A DNA stretch of 64,000 bases from a bacterium. Its GTDB lineage: Bacteria > Patescibacteriota > Patescibacteriia > UBA10025. A program made the translations under genes and the position numbers. Below are positions 9,903 through 19,393 of the stretch, one piece after another (the stretch's first letter is position 1; every line of letters begins with the position of its first letter). The stretch is taken from assembly GCA_021815445.1 (NCBI GenBank), contig JAKAGM010000002.1:31373-95372 (forward strand), given 5' to 3'. The notes below the pieces were generated by a model that was not told where the DNA came from, did not search any database, and worked only from the letters and a program-made list of their open reading frames with translations.

Positions 9903-11456
9903 ATGATTTTTTCTCCGGCGGACAAAAAGTTTTTGACAGTTGTTACTGCAATTATTGTCATTATTGCGGCGATACCTTTTATCTACGCAGTGATGTCGAC
10001 ACCCAACGGCATGGCCTATAGCGGGAGGCATGCGCAAAACAGCGGAGATTACGCGGTGTATTTCTCCCAGATGGAGCAGGCTCGGCAGGGGCATATGCTA
10101 TTTTTAAATTTGTTTACCAGCGAGAGCCATGCGCGTACCATCTTTGATCCCGTCTGGCTCGTACTTGGTTGGATATCGCGGGTTACCGGATTATCTATTC
10201 CTCTCACCTTTCATGTAGCCCGGCTCATAGCAATCCCGCTATTTATATCGGTCGCCGCGCGCTTTGTGTGGACTATGCTTGATGATGCCCGTGAGCGGCG
10301 AGTCGCATTGCTCATGATCAGTTTCGGGGGCGGTATCACCGGCTATGCGAAGACGACCGATGCTTCAGCGTTTCATGCCATGCAGTTTTCCCCCCATGTG
10401 GTGCTCTCCCTCACTTTTTTGCTGGCAATATTTCTACTTATGTATCGCAGCTTTCATCTGCACATTATCCGATATGCGGTATACGCGGGATTCCTCGGGC
10501 TTGTATTATTTTTTTTCCACCCGTATCACATTTCGACAACCTATGGAATACTCGGTGCATACGCCATGGTAATGATCTTCCTTCGGAGATCACCAGCGTG
10601 GAGTATCATCAGCTCCTTCGCTGTCTATGTCGCCCTCTCAGTTCCGGCTGTCCTGTATTATTGGTTGTTCTTTAAACTTTCTCCTATCGGCAGCGGATGG
10701 TTGGCACAAAGCGATTCACTTATGCACGCAAGACCCCCGTGGGAAATTCTTTGGTCATTTGCCCCATTAGTTCTACTTGCGTTGATCGGGTACAAAGTCC
10801 TTTTAAACGAGCGACGTGAACAGGCGATATTCATGGTAACCTGGATCGTCATCGCTCTTACACTGATGTGGACTCCATGGTTTTTTCGCATGCGCACGAT
10901 TGGTGGAATGACCATTCCTCTGAGTATAGCGTCTGCGGCGGGTATCGTGTGGCTTCTGCGAATTGTGGCGCTCAGGAAGTCCGCTATGGCGTGGTCCATG
11001 GTGTTGATTATCGCCATTATCGGTACCACTATGCCCGTGCACGGTATGACGTTTATTCACAACATAGCTGTTTACGCTCAGCAGGTCGATTATGCGTATA
11101 TCTCCGATGAACTTGTCGATGTGATACGGGTATACAGACAGCAGGCGACTGATACCGACGTACTTCTCGCTTCTCCGTATACGAGCAATATTATTCCGGC
11201 ATTAACGGGTCGAAAAGTGTATATAGGCCACGGCATTCAAACCCTTTCTTCACATCAAAAAGTGAAGGACATTAACGCATTTTTCTCCCGGGCGGCGAAT
11301 GATGATCCTACATATACAGAACTTCGTTCATTGGGGATTACTTTTCTTCTGATTACCCCAAAGGAGCAGGAACTCGGGATGCTGCCACTCGATAATGCGC
11401 CGTTTCTGCAGATAGCTGCGCGAGAAGGGCCTTATTCTCTTTATCGTGTGCGCTGA
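9903..11456 (+). CDS. Polytopic membrane protein, GT-C-like (G4), tandem paralog of G3
   Basis: Shares SGDYAVYFS...NLFTSESHA and IPALTGRKVYIGHGIQT with G3. Confidence 0.4.
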   Translation: MIFSPADKKFLTVVTAIIVIIAAIPFIYAVMSTPNGMAYSGRHAQNSGDYAVYFSQMEQARQGHMLFLNLFTSESHARTIFDPVWLVLGWISRVTGLSIPLTFHVARLIAIPLFISVAARFVWTMLDDARERRVALLMISFGGGITGYAKTTDASAFHAMQFSPHVVLSLTFLLAIFLLMYRSFHLHIIRYAVYAGFLGLVLFFFHPYHISTTYGILGAYAMVMIFLRRSPAWSIISSFAVYVALSVPAVLYYWLFFKLSPIGSGWLAQSDSLMHARPPWEILWSFAPLVLLALIGYKVLLNERREQAIFMVTWIVIALTLMWTPWFFRMRTIGGMTIPLSIASAAGIVWLLRIVALRKSAMAWSMVLIIAIIGTTMPVHGMTFIHNIAVYAQQVDYAYISDELVDVIRVYRQQATDTDVLLASPYTSNIIPALTGRKVYIGHGIQTLSSHQKVKDINAFFSRAANDDPTYTELRSLGITFLLITPKEQELGMLPLDNAPFLQIAAREGPYSLYRVR

Positions 11457-11691
11457 TTGCCAGCGGACGGTTACGAAACTGTCAGCACCCCTCATTTTTT
11501 ATTGCTTCGTTCCGTAAGAAGTCAAATGCTCCCATTATTATGTACTGCGGGCTTCTTGTCCACCTTGTGTCACCCCGGTGAACCCATATCTCAAACCACC
11601 GGGAATGTTTTTTGCGAACATATCCCCTGTGCGCAGCTATAGTTACTACTCCCATGATATATGGTGCATGCCCGTGGAGTCCTCTTCCGGA

Positions 11692-13632
11692 TTAAAAGAG
11701 TCTCGCAGCATCCCCTGCCGGTTTTTCTTTATCGATATGCATGCTTGCCGAGCGTAATCCGTCGAGTGTCATGTAGCCCGTGACGTCAACAAGCTGGATG
11801 TCGGCATGTTCAATATTCGCTCCCGCGGGCTTCGCAAACCAGTAGTTCATCTGCACATTCTGTCCTGGCATCCACGTTGATGCCGGGTACAACCCGTAGG
11901 CGAGCGGATAGAGCTTGTTATTCACGACGTTCCCATGGTCATCAGTAAGCCTGATAAGCATCTGGTAATTTTTTTGTATCTGTCCCGTGGCTTGCATCAC
12001 CAGAGTAATGCCGAGCTCATCACTTCCCTGGGGCAGAGATTGCCAGCCAAGGAGTTTCGCGTTCGGCCCGAGCTCTTGAGGTGCTCCCTGCAGGTCGGTG
12101 GGTGGAACGCTTATTATGCGCACGAGCGGATTCACCTCTGTCGTTCGGCGGGTATAAAGAACTACTGTATCAAATATCTGGGTCGGCACGAATCCCCGGT
12201 CCAAAAGCTCACGGATATGCTCCGGTCCGGATGTTTTAGCTCGAGCATATGGCGCTATGGAGAACGATTGGAGGTGATAGATGAGAAAATCGTTGTAATC
12301 AACCAGTACTGTGTCTGCATCCTGAGGGATAGTATACGGGGCCAGAGAATATTGCCGTGTTCCTTCGAATGCATAGTGGAGCGAATACACCTTGTCCCGT
12401 CCGGAAAGGTCAGTAAGGGGCGCAAAACTCGCGACCACCGATGCATCAGACGGTACAGCCGCAATCGCCTGTGCCAGCGCATGCTGGTTTTGGTCACGCG
12501 TGGTGGATGTTGAAATCAGCGGAAGGAGGGGTCCGAACGTGAGGGCGCCATAGATGGTCGCTGTCGTCATGAGTATGAGACTGAGATTGAGCATATGCGG
12601 CACTTGTCTGAATATTTTCGGCGGCTTTTCCTTCAATTTCTGCAGACCCATGATGGTGGCCATGAATATAAAGGGTATAAGGAGGGCGCTGTAATGAGTT
12701 TTTAGCACGAGCTCTGTAAAGCCGGTAAGGAAAAGCTGCAAGAAAATCAGAAGCGATGGAATCAATAGACGGGGCCTTAACAACGGCAGACCAACAAAAG
12801 GCAGGAGCAATGCAATAGCCATGACAATCGTGTTAAATGACATGAGTTTGTTGAATAGCGAAGGGATGCTGGAGAGCAAAGAAACTAAAGATGAATGTGC
12901 GCTTGCCTGCAGTGTCGGGTAGTATGCAAAATATTTGTACGCGCCGTCAGGGTTCATGTGAGAAATGAACGCAAGCGACCCGGCAAACCATGCAGTGCCG
13001 AGAAGCAAAGGAATTATCACCCACTTCTTTGTTCGACGATCGCACAGGGCGAGCACGCCGAACATGAATACCACGAGTGCGACGTCTTCGCGTACAAGAA
13101 AGCTTATTATGAGAAAGATGAGGAATGGGGTGAACTTGTTTTCGAGATACATCGCGACTGCCCAGGCGAGAAATAGTATCCCGAACGGCAGAATATGAAA
13201 TTCAAATGCGTTGGTATTTTGAACAAACGGGTTTGCTAAATATAACAACGCAATGCCAGCAGCGATCCCTGGCCCGAGCTTTGATTTGGCAATCCGGTAT
13301 ATCGGCCACGCAGCGAGCGCGATGCCGACAGTTTGCATCAGGAGAAGCGTGAAGGGCGTTTTGCTTATCATATAGAGCGGGAGCAGAAGAATGATCAACG
13401 GTTCAAAATGGTCTCCGAGGTAGCTCTGCGGATGTATAGTCATGCCGAAGAGATCACCGTGTGAGGAATGCCAGAACACCTGATTATAAATCGCCAGGTC
13501 AATAGCATTGTACTTATGGAGCGTAAGTTTCACAAAACCCAGGAAAGCGAATACCGCTATGTAGACAACCATGCCTCCTACGACAAATAGCGCACCTCTC
13601 CGTTCCATTATTTTTCTCAGCCAATATGCCAT
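11692..13632 (-). CDS. DUF2079-like large integral membrane protein, putative GT-C
   Basis: AIDLAIYNQVFWHSSHGDLF...HFEPLI resembles the DUF2079 N-terminal motif. 646 aa, polytopic. Confidence 0.4.
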   Translation of the reverse strand: MAYWLRKIMERRGALFVVGGMVVYIAVFAFLGFVKLTLHKYNAIDLAIYNQVFWHSSHGDLFGMTIHPQSYLGDHFEPLIILLLPLYMISKTPFTLLLMQTVGIALAAWPIYRIAKSKLGPGIAAGIALLYLANPFVQNTNAFEFHILPFGILFLAWAVAMYLENKFTPFLIFLIISFLVREDVALVVFMFGVLALCDRRTKKWVIIPLLLGTAWFAGSLAFISHMNPDGAYKYFAYYPTLQASAHSSLVSLLSSIPSLFNKLMSFNTIVMAIALLLPFVGLPLLRPRLLIPSLLIFLQLFLTGFTELVLKTHYSALLIPFIFMATIMGLQKLKEKPPKIFRQVPHMLNLSLILMTTATIYGALTFGPLLPLISTSTTRDQNQHALAQAIAAVPSDASVVASFAPLTDLSGRDKVYSLHYAFEGTRQYSLAPYTIPQDADTVLVDYNDFLIYHLQSFSIAPYARAKTSGPEHIRELLDRGFVPTQIFDTVVLYTRRTTEVNPLVRIISVPPTDLQGAPQELGPNAKLLGWQSLPQGSDELGITLVMQATGQIQKNYQMLIRLTDDHGNVVNNKLYPLAYGLYPASTWMPGQNVQMNYWFAKPAGANIEHADIQLVDVTGYMTLDGLRSASMHIDKEKPAGDAARLF

Positions 13633-13725
13633 GGCATTATTGTACAGAAAAAGCGCGCTAAAACAAACACCCTCTCCGTTGCCGGAGAGAGTGCCGTATA
13701 ACGTTGAAATCTAGGTGAAAAGTCA

Positions 13726-14085
13726 CTAGTTGGTGACGTTTGAGGTAGTCTGTACGACGAAGATGACGATTGCCCAAGCGAGCAGGACGACGATGAGGCC
13801 GATGACTGCCGCTGAAATAATCTTTTTCGCACTGGCTACTTTTTCTTCGTTTCCGCCGGCTGTCATCCACTGGAATCCACCGATGAGAATCATAATGACC
13901 GCAACGAGGCCGAGAAGGCCGAGCGCCCATTGGATAATCTTAATGACTGTGCTTTGGAGACCTGCAGTTCCGAGGCCAAACGTTGAACCAAAGTCCTCAT
14001 TGATGAGGGCGGTAGCTCCTGCGCTTAATGGCAGCAAAAAAATGCCGAGCGCGAGAGAAGCTGATAATATTTTTTTCATTTTCAT
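13726..14085 (-). CDS. TrbC/VirB2-like pilin-like protein P1
   Basis: Signal peptide followed by two TM helices around the motif ILIGGFQWMTAGGNEEKV. The start ATG-AAA-ATG lies after GGAGGTG. The tail VVQTTSNVTN is Ser/Thr-rich. Confidence 0.55.
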   Translation of the reverse strand: MKMKKILSASLALGIFLLPLSAGATALINEDFGSTFGLGTAGLQSTVIKIIQWALGLLGLVAVIMILIGGFQWMTAGGNEEKVASAKKIISAAVIGLIVVLLAWAIVIFVVQTTSNVTN

Positions 14086-14133
14086 AATCTCACCTCCTTC
14101 CATCGAGTGAGTATAAGTAACCTCACTGAGTGT

Positions 14134-14162
14134 ATATAAGCATTTTTCAATCTAAATGTCAA
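14134..14162 (-). promoter_or_regulatory. Sigma70-like promoter driving P1 (TTGACA-N17-TTATAT on the minus strand)
   Basis: Minus-strand sequence cttgacatttagattgaaaaatgcttatatacact, about 50 nt upstream of the P1 start. Confidence 0.45.
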
Positions 14163-14211
14163 GTTTTCTGTGTAAATAAAGGGGTTTTTCAGTAAAACAG
14201 GGATCGAAAAA

Positions 14212-14559
14212 CTATGTACTGACCGAGTTCAGCGAGTCGAAAATAAACTTAAGTACAGTATAGCTCAAAGTGATTGCAACGACACCGATTGTCGCCCACA
14301 GGAGAGTGTCCCGGCCTTTCTTGACGAGGGTCGGATTGCCGCCCGACATCAAGAGTTCGAATCCCCCGAGGATAAACATAAAGAGGGCAAAAATGTCTAC
14401 CGCGCCAAGCACGAGACGCAGCGACCGCACGACAACGGTGATGAGATCCGCATTATTAAAATCTTTGCCCAGGGGATTCGGCAGTGTCACATCGGCTTGA
14501 GCGATAAGCGGGAAGAGGCAGAGTACCAGGAGAGAAAAGGCGAGTAAATGACGTTTCAT
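14212..14559 (-). CDS. TrbC/VirB2-like pilin-like protein P2
   Basis: Signal peptide and FILGGFELLMSGGNPTLVKKG core, paralogous to P1. Confidence 0.55.
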   Translation of the reverse strand: MKRHLLAFSLLVLCLFPLIAQADVTLPNPLGKDFNNADLITVVVRSLRLVLGAVDIFALFMFILGGFELLMSGGNPTLVKKGRDTLLWATIGVVAITLSYTVLKFIFDSLNSVST

Positions 14560-14608
14560 AGTTGCGGGGTAAAAGGATTATTTCGAAAGAAAAATATTTT
14601 TCTTGATA

Positions 14609-15529
14609 TTAAGGCTGGCACTGGGTAATTGAGGCGCACGAAGTTTGATCGCGGAGGTAATGGTCGCTTGCTACCGTACTGCATCCGCGAACCGGCTCAG
14701 GCGGGACACAATCATGCTTTGTCGTATCGTAAGGGACACAGCATCCCTGATCGAGATTCTGACACTGCTCATATTGCGAACACTCTGTCGCCTGGATCCA
14801 TGCCGTGGAGCAATCACTGCCGATACAATACGTTTTATCTGTCATGTACTTATCACATCCCGTTTTTGACTCGGCGTCAAGGCACCCCTGGAGAGTGACG
14901 CAGCAACCCGTACCCGGTGTAGTTACGGGAGTGATCTGGCTCCCTGTGCCTCCTCCCCACCACGGTTTTGCGCTGTTGGTCCCGGGAAAAACATTTGAAC
15001 TCCCGGTGAGAATAAAGACGACAAAGTTTGCCCACATCCAGGCGAGGATGAGAATAATAATCACTCCCAGCACGACGCCAAGGATCATGCGCTTGCCTTG
15101 CTGTATTTTTTCCGGGTTGCCTCCCGACGTGATGAGGTTAAATCCTCCCCAGATGAAAAATAGCATCGCGACTATTGGGAGGGCTATGAGCGCCGAGGAG
15201 GACATATTCACGAATGTCTGGACGAAGTCGTCGGGTTGGCACGGGCGCACTTCCCTGCAGTACTTGTCGTATTTCTTGCATGTTTTACTGTCAGACGGAC
15301 AGTCTGATAAAAGCTGTTTTGAAGTCGAATCAATGACGTAGACAGGGGTCTGGTCGCAAAAAGGAAGGAAATAAAGCCGCGGGGGAGTTAATTCTTCTAT
15401 GGGCTGTTTCGAAACCTCTTTACATGTTGGATTAATTGCCGTGCTCGCCGCAAGCGACGGGTGCGCAAACACAAGTGATCCGGCAATCACCGCCATGAGC
15501 AGAAAAAATGTTACTGATCGCAGGCGCAT
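14609..15529 (-). CDS. TrbC/VirB2-like pilin-like protein P3 with N- and C-terminal Cys-rich extensions
   Basis: Core FFIWGGFNLITSGGNPEKIQQGKRMI is paralogous to P1 and P2. The C-terminal ~110 aa contain about 16 Cys (GTGCCVTLQGCL...CCVPYD...) and a Ser/Thr/Gly-rich linker. Confidence 0.5.
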   Translation of the reverse strand: MRLRSVTFFLLMAVIAGSLVFAHPSLAASTAINPTCKEVSKQPIEELTPPRLYFLPFCDQTPVYVIDSTSKQLLSDCPSDSKTCKKYDKYCREVRPCQPDDFVQTFVNMSSSALIALPIVAMLFFIWGGFNLITSGGNPEKIQQGKRMILGVVLGVIIILILAWMWANFVVFILTGSSNVFPGTNSAKPWWGGGTGSQITPVTTPGTGCCVTLQGCLDAESKTGCDKYMTDKTYCIGSDCSTAWIQATECSQYEQCQNLDQGCCVPYDTTKHDCVPPEPVRGCSTVASDHYLRDQTSCASITQCQP

Positions 15530-15533
15530 AATT

Positions 15534-16907
15534 TTAATAACTTTGTTCTATCTCCTTGGACGCGAAGGTAATCGCGTCAGGAAGTGTCTGCGTCCCTGTC
15601 GTCACTGCGCGCACCATATTAGCAAAAGCTGTTTCTGCCGCGCCGGGATCCCTGCCATGGTACCAGCTTTTTGCATTGACAGCCTCCTGAGCAAAAGTGG
15701 AAATCAGCGGATCAGCGTCCTGGATATCCACATTGACCAGCGAGGTCAGCGCCGCCGTCTTTCCCGACGTCACGAGGTATTTAACCACGACATCGGGACG
15801 GGAAAGGTATTGGATAAAGTCCCAGGCTTCATTCGCATGCGTCGATCGTTTCGCCACTGATTGCACCCAGTAATTTGCATAATAAACGGGTCGCGCGGGA
15901 TCAACTTGGGGCATCGGGCCCACAGACCAATTGAGCTTCGACGCCTGGTTTTTTATGATATCCCTTTGGTATTCGTACCCGAAGAAAAATGCGGTTTTAC
16001 CCGCAATAAATGCTTCGAGAGCATCAGGCATCTGGCTATCCCATGAATGCACCTGTTTCGTAGGGAGCGCGAAATCGGTGTAGAACCTCAGCGCTTCCAG
16101 GCCTGGCTGTGAGGTAGCATTGTCTGCCGCACTGTTGGCGAATGCCATTTTGCCTTTGGCATCCACCATTGTCGCCCCATTTTGCATCATCAGCGCTGAA
16201 ACAATATCAAAAACGCGCGGAATATTGTTACCAGTGCCAAGCGCCGCGCCTGACTGGACTATTTTTCCCGTCGAATCCAGGATGGTCAGCTTGGGCACGA
16301 TATCGATGAATTCGTTCCATGTGCTCGGCGGCTGGGTAATCAATGCGTAGTTCAAAAGGTCTTTGTTATAAAATAACGTGAGTGTATCCATGCTCTGCGG
16401 CAGTCCCCATATCTTGCTTTGGAGGATGACATCTTGGGGGACTACGCTGACAAAACGATTGCGGACCTCATTCAAAGTAATCGACGGGGCGGCCTTGTAG
16501 GAAATTGTCAGCTCTTGTTTGATGCCAAGCGGCCGAGAAATCTGGTACCAGGCCATTCGGGTCGATGCGGGCATCGGCGTGAGGAATTCATTTGCCTGGA
16601 ATTTTCCTATCCATGAATTCGGCAGCGCAAAAATATCAGGTCCGGCTCCCCGCGCCCACGCCTGGATGAGTGAATTTTCATATTCCTCCATTCTAAATTT
16701 TTTATAGGTAATGGTGACGTACGGATGCAATTGTTTATACGCGCTGATAACTCCCGCATATGACGATTCGTCGTCAAAGACTCCCCACCATTCCAAGCTT
16801 ACTGCCGGGGGCGCCTGCGTTTTATTTCCGCCTATCATGAACAGAACGACGGCAATGATCGCCACGACTACCGCTCCCCCGATAATAATTAACGTTCCGC
16901 GCTTCAT
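15534..16907 (-). CDS. Extracellular solute-binding protein (SBP family 1, sugar-type) with N-terminal TM anchor; no cognate permease nearby
   Basis: LEWWGVFDDESSYAGVISAYKQLHPYVTITYKK...GAGPDIFALPNSW is the typical SBP_bac_1 N-terminus. No permease or ATPase genes are adjacent. Confidence 0.6.
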   Translation of the reverse strand: MKRGTLIIIGGAVVVAIIAVVLFMIGGNKTQAPPAVSLEWWGVFDDESSYAGVISAYKQLHPYVTITYKKFRMEEYENSLIQAWARGAGPDIFALPNSWIGKFQANEFLTPMPASTRMAWYQISRPLGIKQELTISYKAAPSITLNEVRNRFVSVVPQDVILQSKIWGLPQSMDTLTLFYNKDLLNYALITQPPSTWNEFIDIVPKLTILDSTGKIVQSGAALGTGNNIPRVFDIVSALMMQNGATMVDAKGKMAFANSAADNATSQPGLEALRFYTDFALPTKQVHSWDSQMPDALEAFIAGKTAFFFGYEYQRDIIKNQASKLNWSVGPMPQVDPARPVYYANYWVQSVAKRSTHANEAWDFIQYLSRPDVVVKYLVTSGKTAALTSLVNVDIQDADPLISTFAQEAVNAKSWYHGRDPGAAETAFANMVRAVTTGTQTLPDAITFASKEIEQSY

Positions 16908-17788
16908 AGACTCTGAGTAAGCTTCTTAAGATATTTGCGAAGATCAGTCCCGAGTTCCTGGCGCCTCAACGCAAATTCAATGTTAGCCTTCAGGTACTCA
17001 AGCTTATTTCCCGTGTCGTAGTAACGCGCGTTTTTTATCTCGACAGCGTTCACCGGCTCCTGCGCGATGAGCATATTTATGGCGTCCACGAGCCAGATCT
17101 CGCCGTCCCGTCCGGGCCTCGTCTGTGCCAGGCATGAAAAAATAGACGGAGTGAAGATATACCCGCCGTGCGCGGCGAGATTGGACGGTGCGTCCTCTGG
17201 TTTGGGCTTTTCAACGATTTTATTCAGGCGCCAGATATTTTTTTTCACATGTTCTCCGTCTGCAATGCCGTATTTTGAAAGTTCCCGGCGGTTCTTTATC
17301 GTAATGGCGCTGACGACGGATCCGCCTATTTCCTCGTACACTTCCATCATCTGCTGGAGTCGCGGAGGTTCGGAGGCAATAAACTCATCCCCCCAGAGCA
17401 CTGCAAAGGGCTCGTCGCCCACGACATGCCGGGCGCAAAGAACCGGCGTCCCATTGCCATAGGGGCCTTTTTGGCGGACATAAATAAAATTTGCCATTTC
17501 AGCAATTTTTCGGACTTCCTCGAGCTCTTTCATTTTCCCCGCCTTTTCGAGACGTTTTTCAAGTTCAAAAGGATAGTCGAAATGGTCCTCGATAGATTTC
17601 TTTTGCCATCCCGTCACGATGATAATGTCCTCGATGCCCGAGCGCACCGCTTCCTCAACGACATACTGTATGATGGGCTTGTCGACAATCGGCAACATCT
17701 CTTTCGGTTGGGCTTTTGTCGCAGGCAAAAAACGCGTGCCATAACCAGCCGCGGGGATGACTACTTTTCGAATTTTCTTTTTCCCCAT
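16904..17788 (-). CDS. galU: UTP--glucose-1-phosphate uridylyltransferase
   Basis: KVVIPAAGYGTRFLPATKAQPKEMLPIVDKPIIQY is the GalU signature. Confidence 0.85.
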   Translation of the reverse strand: MGKKKIRKVVIPAAGYGTRFLPATKAQPKEMLPIVDKPIIQYVVEEAVRSGIEDIIIVTGWQKKSIEDHFDYPFELEKRLEKAGKMKELEEVRKIAEMANFIYVRQKGPYGNGTPVLCARHVVGDEPFAVLWGDEFIASEPPRLQQMMEVYEEIGGSVVSAITIKNRRELSKYGIADGEHVKKNIWRLNKIVEKPKPEDAPSNLAAHGGYIFTPSIFSCLAQTRPGRDGEIWLVDAINMLIAQEPVNAVEIKNARYYDTGNKLEYLKANIEFALRRQELGTDLRKYLKKLTQSL

Positions 17789-17989
17789 ATATGTTGGTAT
17801 AAAGGTATGTGCACTCTAACACAAAATAGGGGAAAAGTAAAGGAAAATCCGTCTTTTACCTAGCCGTCTTGACGCATAGAATGTAACTATTGTACATTAG
17901 TACATCAGGTTAACTGAGGGGGAATGACCTTTGACAACTAACTGTAGAGTTTGTAGCAAACCGACCACCAACAGGAACGGAGGTACACA

Positions 17990-19297
17990 ATGTCTGCGGC
18001 AGTGAGCACCCCGCTAGACAGGCATCACCCAAAGGGATTTTGGTTCATCTTTTGGGGGGAACTGGCTGAACGCGCCAGCTTCTATGGCATGGCGTCAATT
18101 CTCGTGCTGTACATGACCGAAACTCTCAAATTCTCAGACGCGAACGCGGCAACCGTCAACCATCTTTTCCGTGCGGCTGCCTACATCCTCCCGCTTCTCG
18201 GGGGGTATGTCGCCGACCGGTGGTTAGGAAAATTCCGCACGATTGTCATCTTCGCCGCTCCCTACATCTTGGGGCACATCATCCTGGGGCAATTTTCGAC
18301 AGAGTCGGGTTTGATCCTGGGACTGATCCTCTTAGCCGGCGGCTCCGGCGCGATCAAACCGAACCTCAGTCCTTTGATGGGACAGATGTATGAACAACAG
18401 GGCAAGCAGCATCTCATGAGCCAAGCGTTTGCATGGTTTTACACAGCTATCAACATCGGTGCCGCCCTGACCATGCTTACGTTGCCGAATATTCGGAGTC
18501 ACTATGGGTATTCGGCTGCATTTATGGCGCCGACTGTTCTCATGGTCATCTCTCTGGCCATCTTCTATGCGGGCAAGAAGTACTATCCGAGGGAAACCGT
18601 CGGCATCGTAAGGGTAAAAACGCCTGCGCAACGCGAGGAACAGCGCGCTGTTCTGCGTCGGTTGGCTGGAGTGTTCCTTCTCATCGTCTTCTTTTGGTCA
18701 ATCTTTGACCAGTCATCCAGTACCTGGATACTCTTCGCCAAGAATTACCTGAACTTGGATACAATCTTTGGCAAGATCGATCCTGACGCGGTCCAGGGAC
18801 TCAATCCCATCCTCATCGTTGTCATGTCGCCCCTTTTTGCCATGTACTGGGCGAGGAAGGACCGCAAACTCGGGTATAAATACCCATCGACAAAGAAAAT
18901 GCAGATCGGCTACTGGTTAGTGGTCCTCTGCATGGGCGTGATGGCTGTCGCCGGCTACATCTCCACAGGCTACGATACCGCCGGCAAGCTTGTCAGCATC
19001 AACAAGATCACCGTCCTTTGGGAGGTCGGCGCCTATCTGCTGATTACCATGGCTGAGTTATGTCTTTCAATCGTGGGCCTGGAGTTCGCCTACACGCAGG
19101 CGCCGCAGCACATGAAGTCGTTCCTGACAGGTTGTTTCTTGTTTACCGTATTCCTCGGTAACTCACTGGCAGCCTGGCTCTCGCGCATCTACACGGAAAT
19201 GCATCCCGGCAATTATTTTCTCTTGATGACGGTGATGATGACGGTGGTGGCGATCGTGTTCATTTTTGTCAGTCGCCGTTTTGAACGTACGGCATGA
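17990..19297 (+). CDS. POT/PTR2 family di/tripeptide:proton symporter
   Basis: FWGELAERASFYGM (ExxERFxYYG motif) and GGYVADRWLGKF. Confidence 0.7.
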   Translation: MSAAVSTPLDRHHPKGFWFIFWGELAERASFYGMASILVLYMTETLKFSDANAATVNHLFRAAAYILPLLGGYVADRWLGKFRTIVIFAAPYILGHIILGQFSTESGLILGLILLAGGSGAIKPNLSPLMGQMYEQQGKQHLMSQAFAWFYTAINIGAALTMLTLPNIRSHYGYSAAFMAPTVLMVISLAIFYAGKKYYPRETVGIVRVKTPAQREEQRAVLRRLAGVFLLIVFFWSIFDQSSSTWILFAKNYLNLDTIFGKIDPDAVQGLNPILIVVMSPLFAMYWARKDRKLGYKYPSTKKMQIGYWLVVLCMGVMAVAGYISTGYDTAGKLVSINKITVLWEVGAYLLITMAELCLSIVGLEFAYTQAPQHMKSFLTGCFLFTVFLGNSLAAWLSRIYTEMHPGNYFLLMTVMMTVVAIVFIFVSRRFERTA

Positions 19298-19332
19298 TTA
19301 CGGAGGCGGGGGGTTCTCTTCGAAAAGACTAT

Positions 19333-19360
19333 GGGCGGCTGTTTACAGTCGCTCTTTTTT
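19333..19360 (+). terminator. Intrinsic terminator, likely bidirectional, between the convergent POT and csaA genes
   Basis: gggcggctgtttacagtcgctctttttt: a 7-bp stem followed by a T-run. Confidence 0.5.
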
Positions 19361-19393
19361 GTTTCTTAAAAATATTCTTTCTCACGTTATGTT

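Noticed and set aside
12895-13198. Plus-strand ORFs inside the DUF2079-like gene
   Set aside because: Antisense to a long membrane-protein ORF of consistent hydrophobic periodicity.
13730-14110. 126-aa plus-strand ORF
   Set aside because: Mirror-strand shadow of pilin-like P1, which has a signal peptide, ribosome-binding site and promoter.
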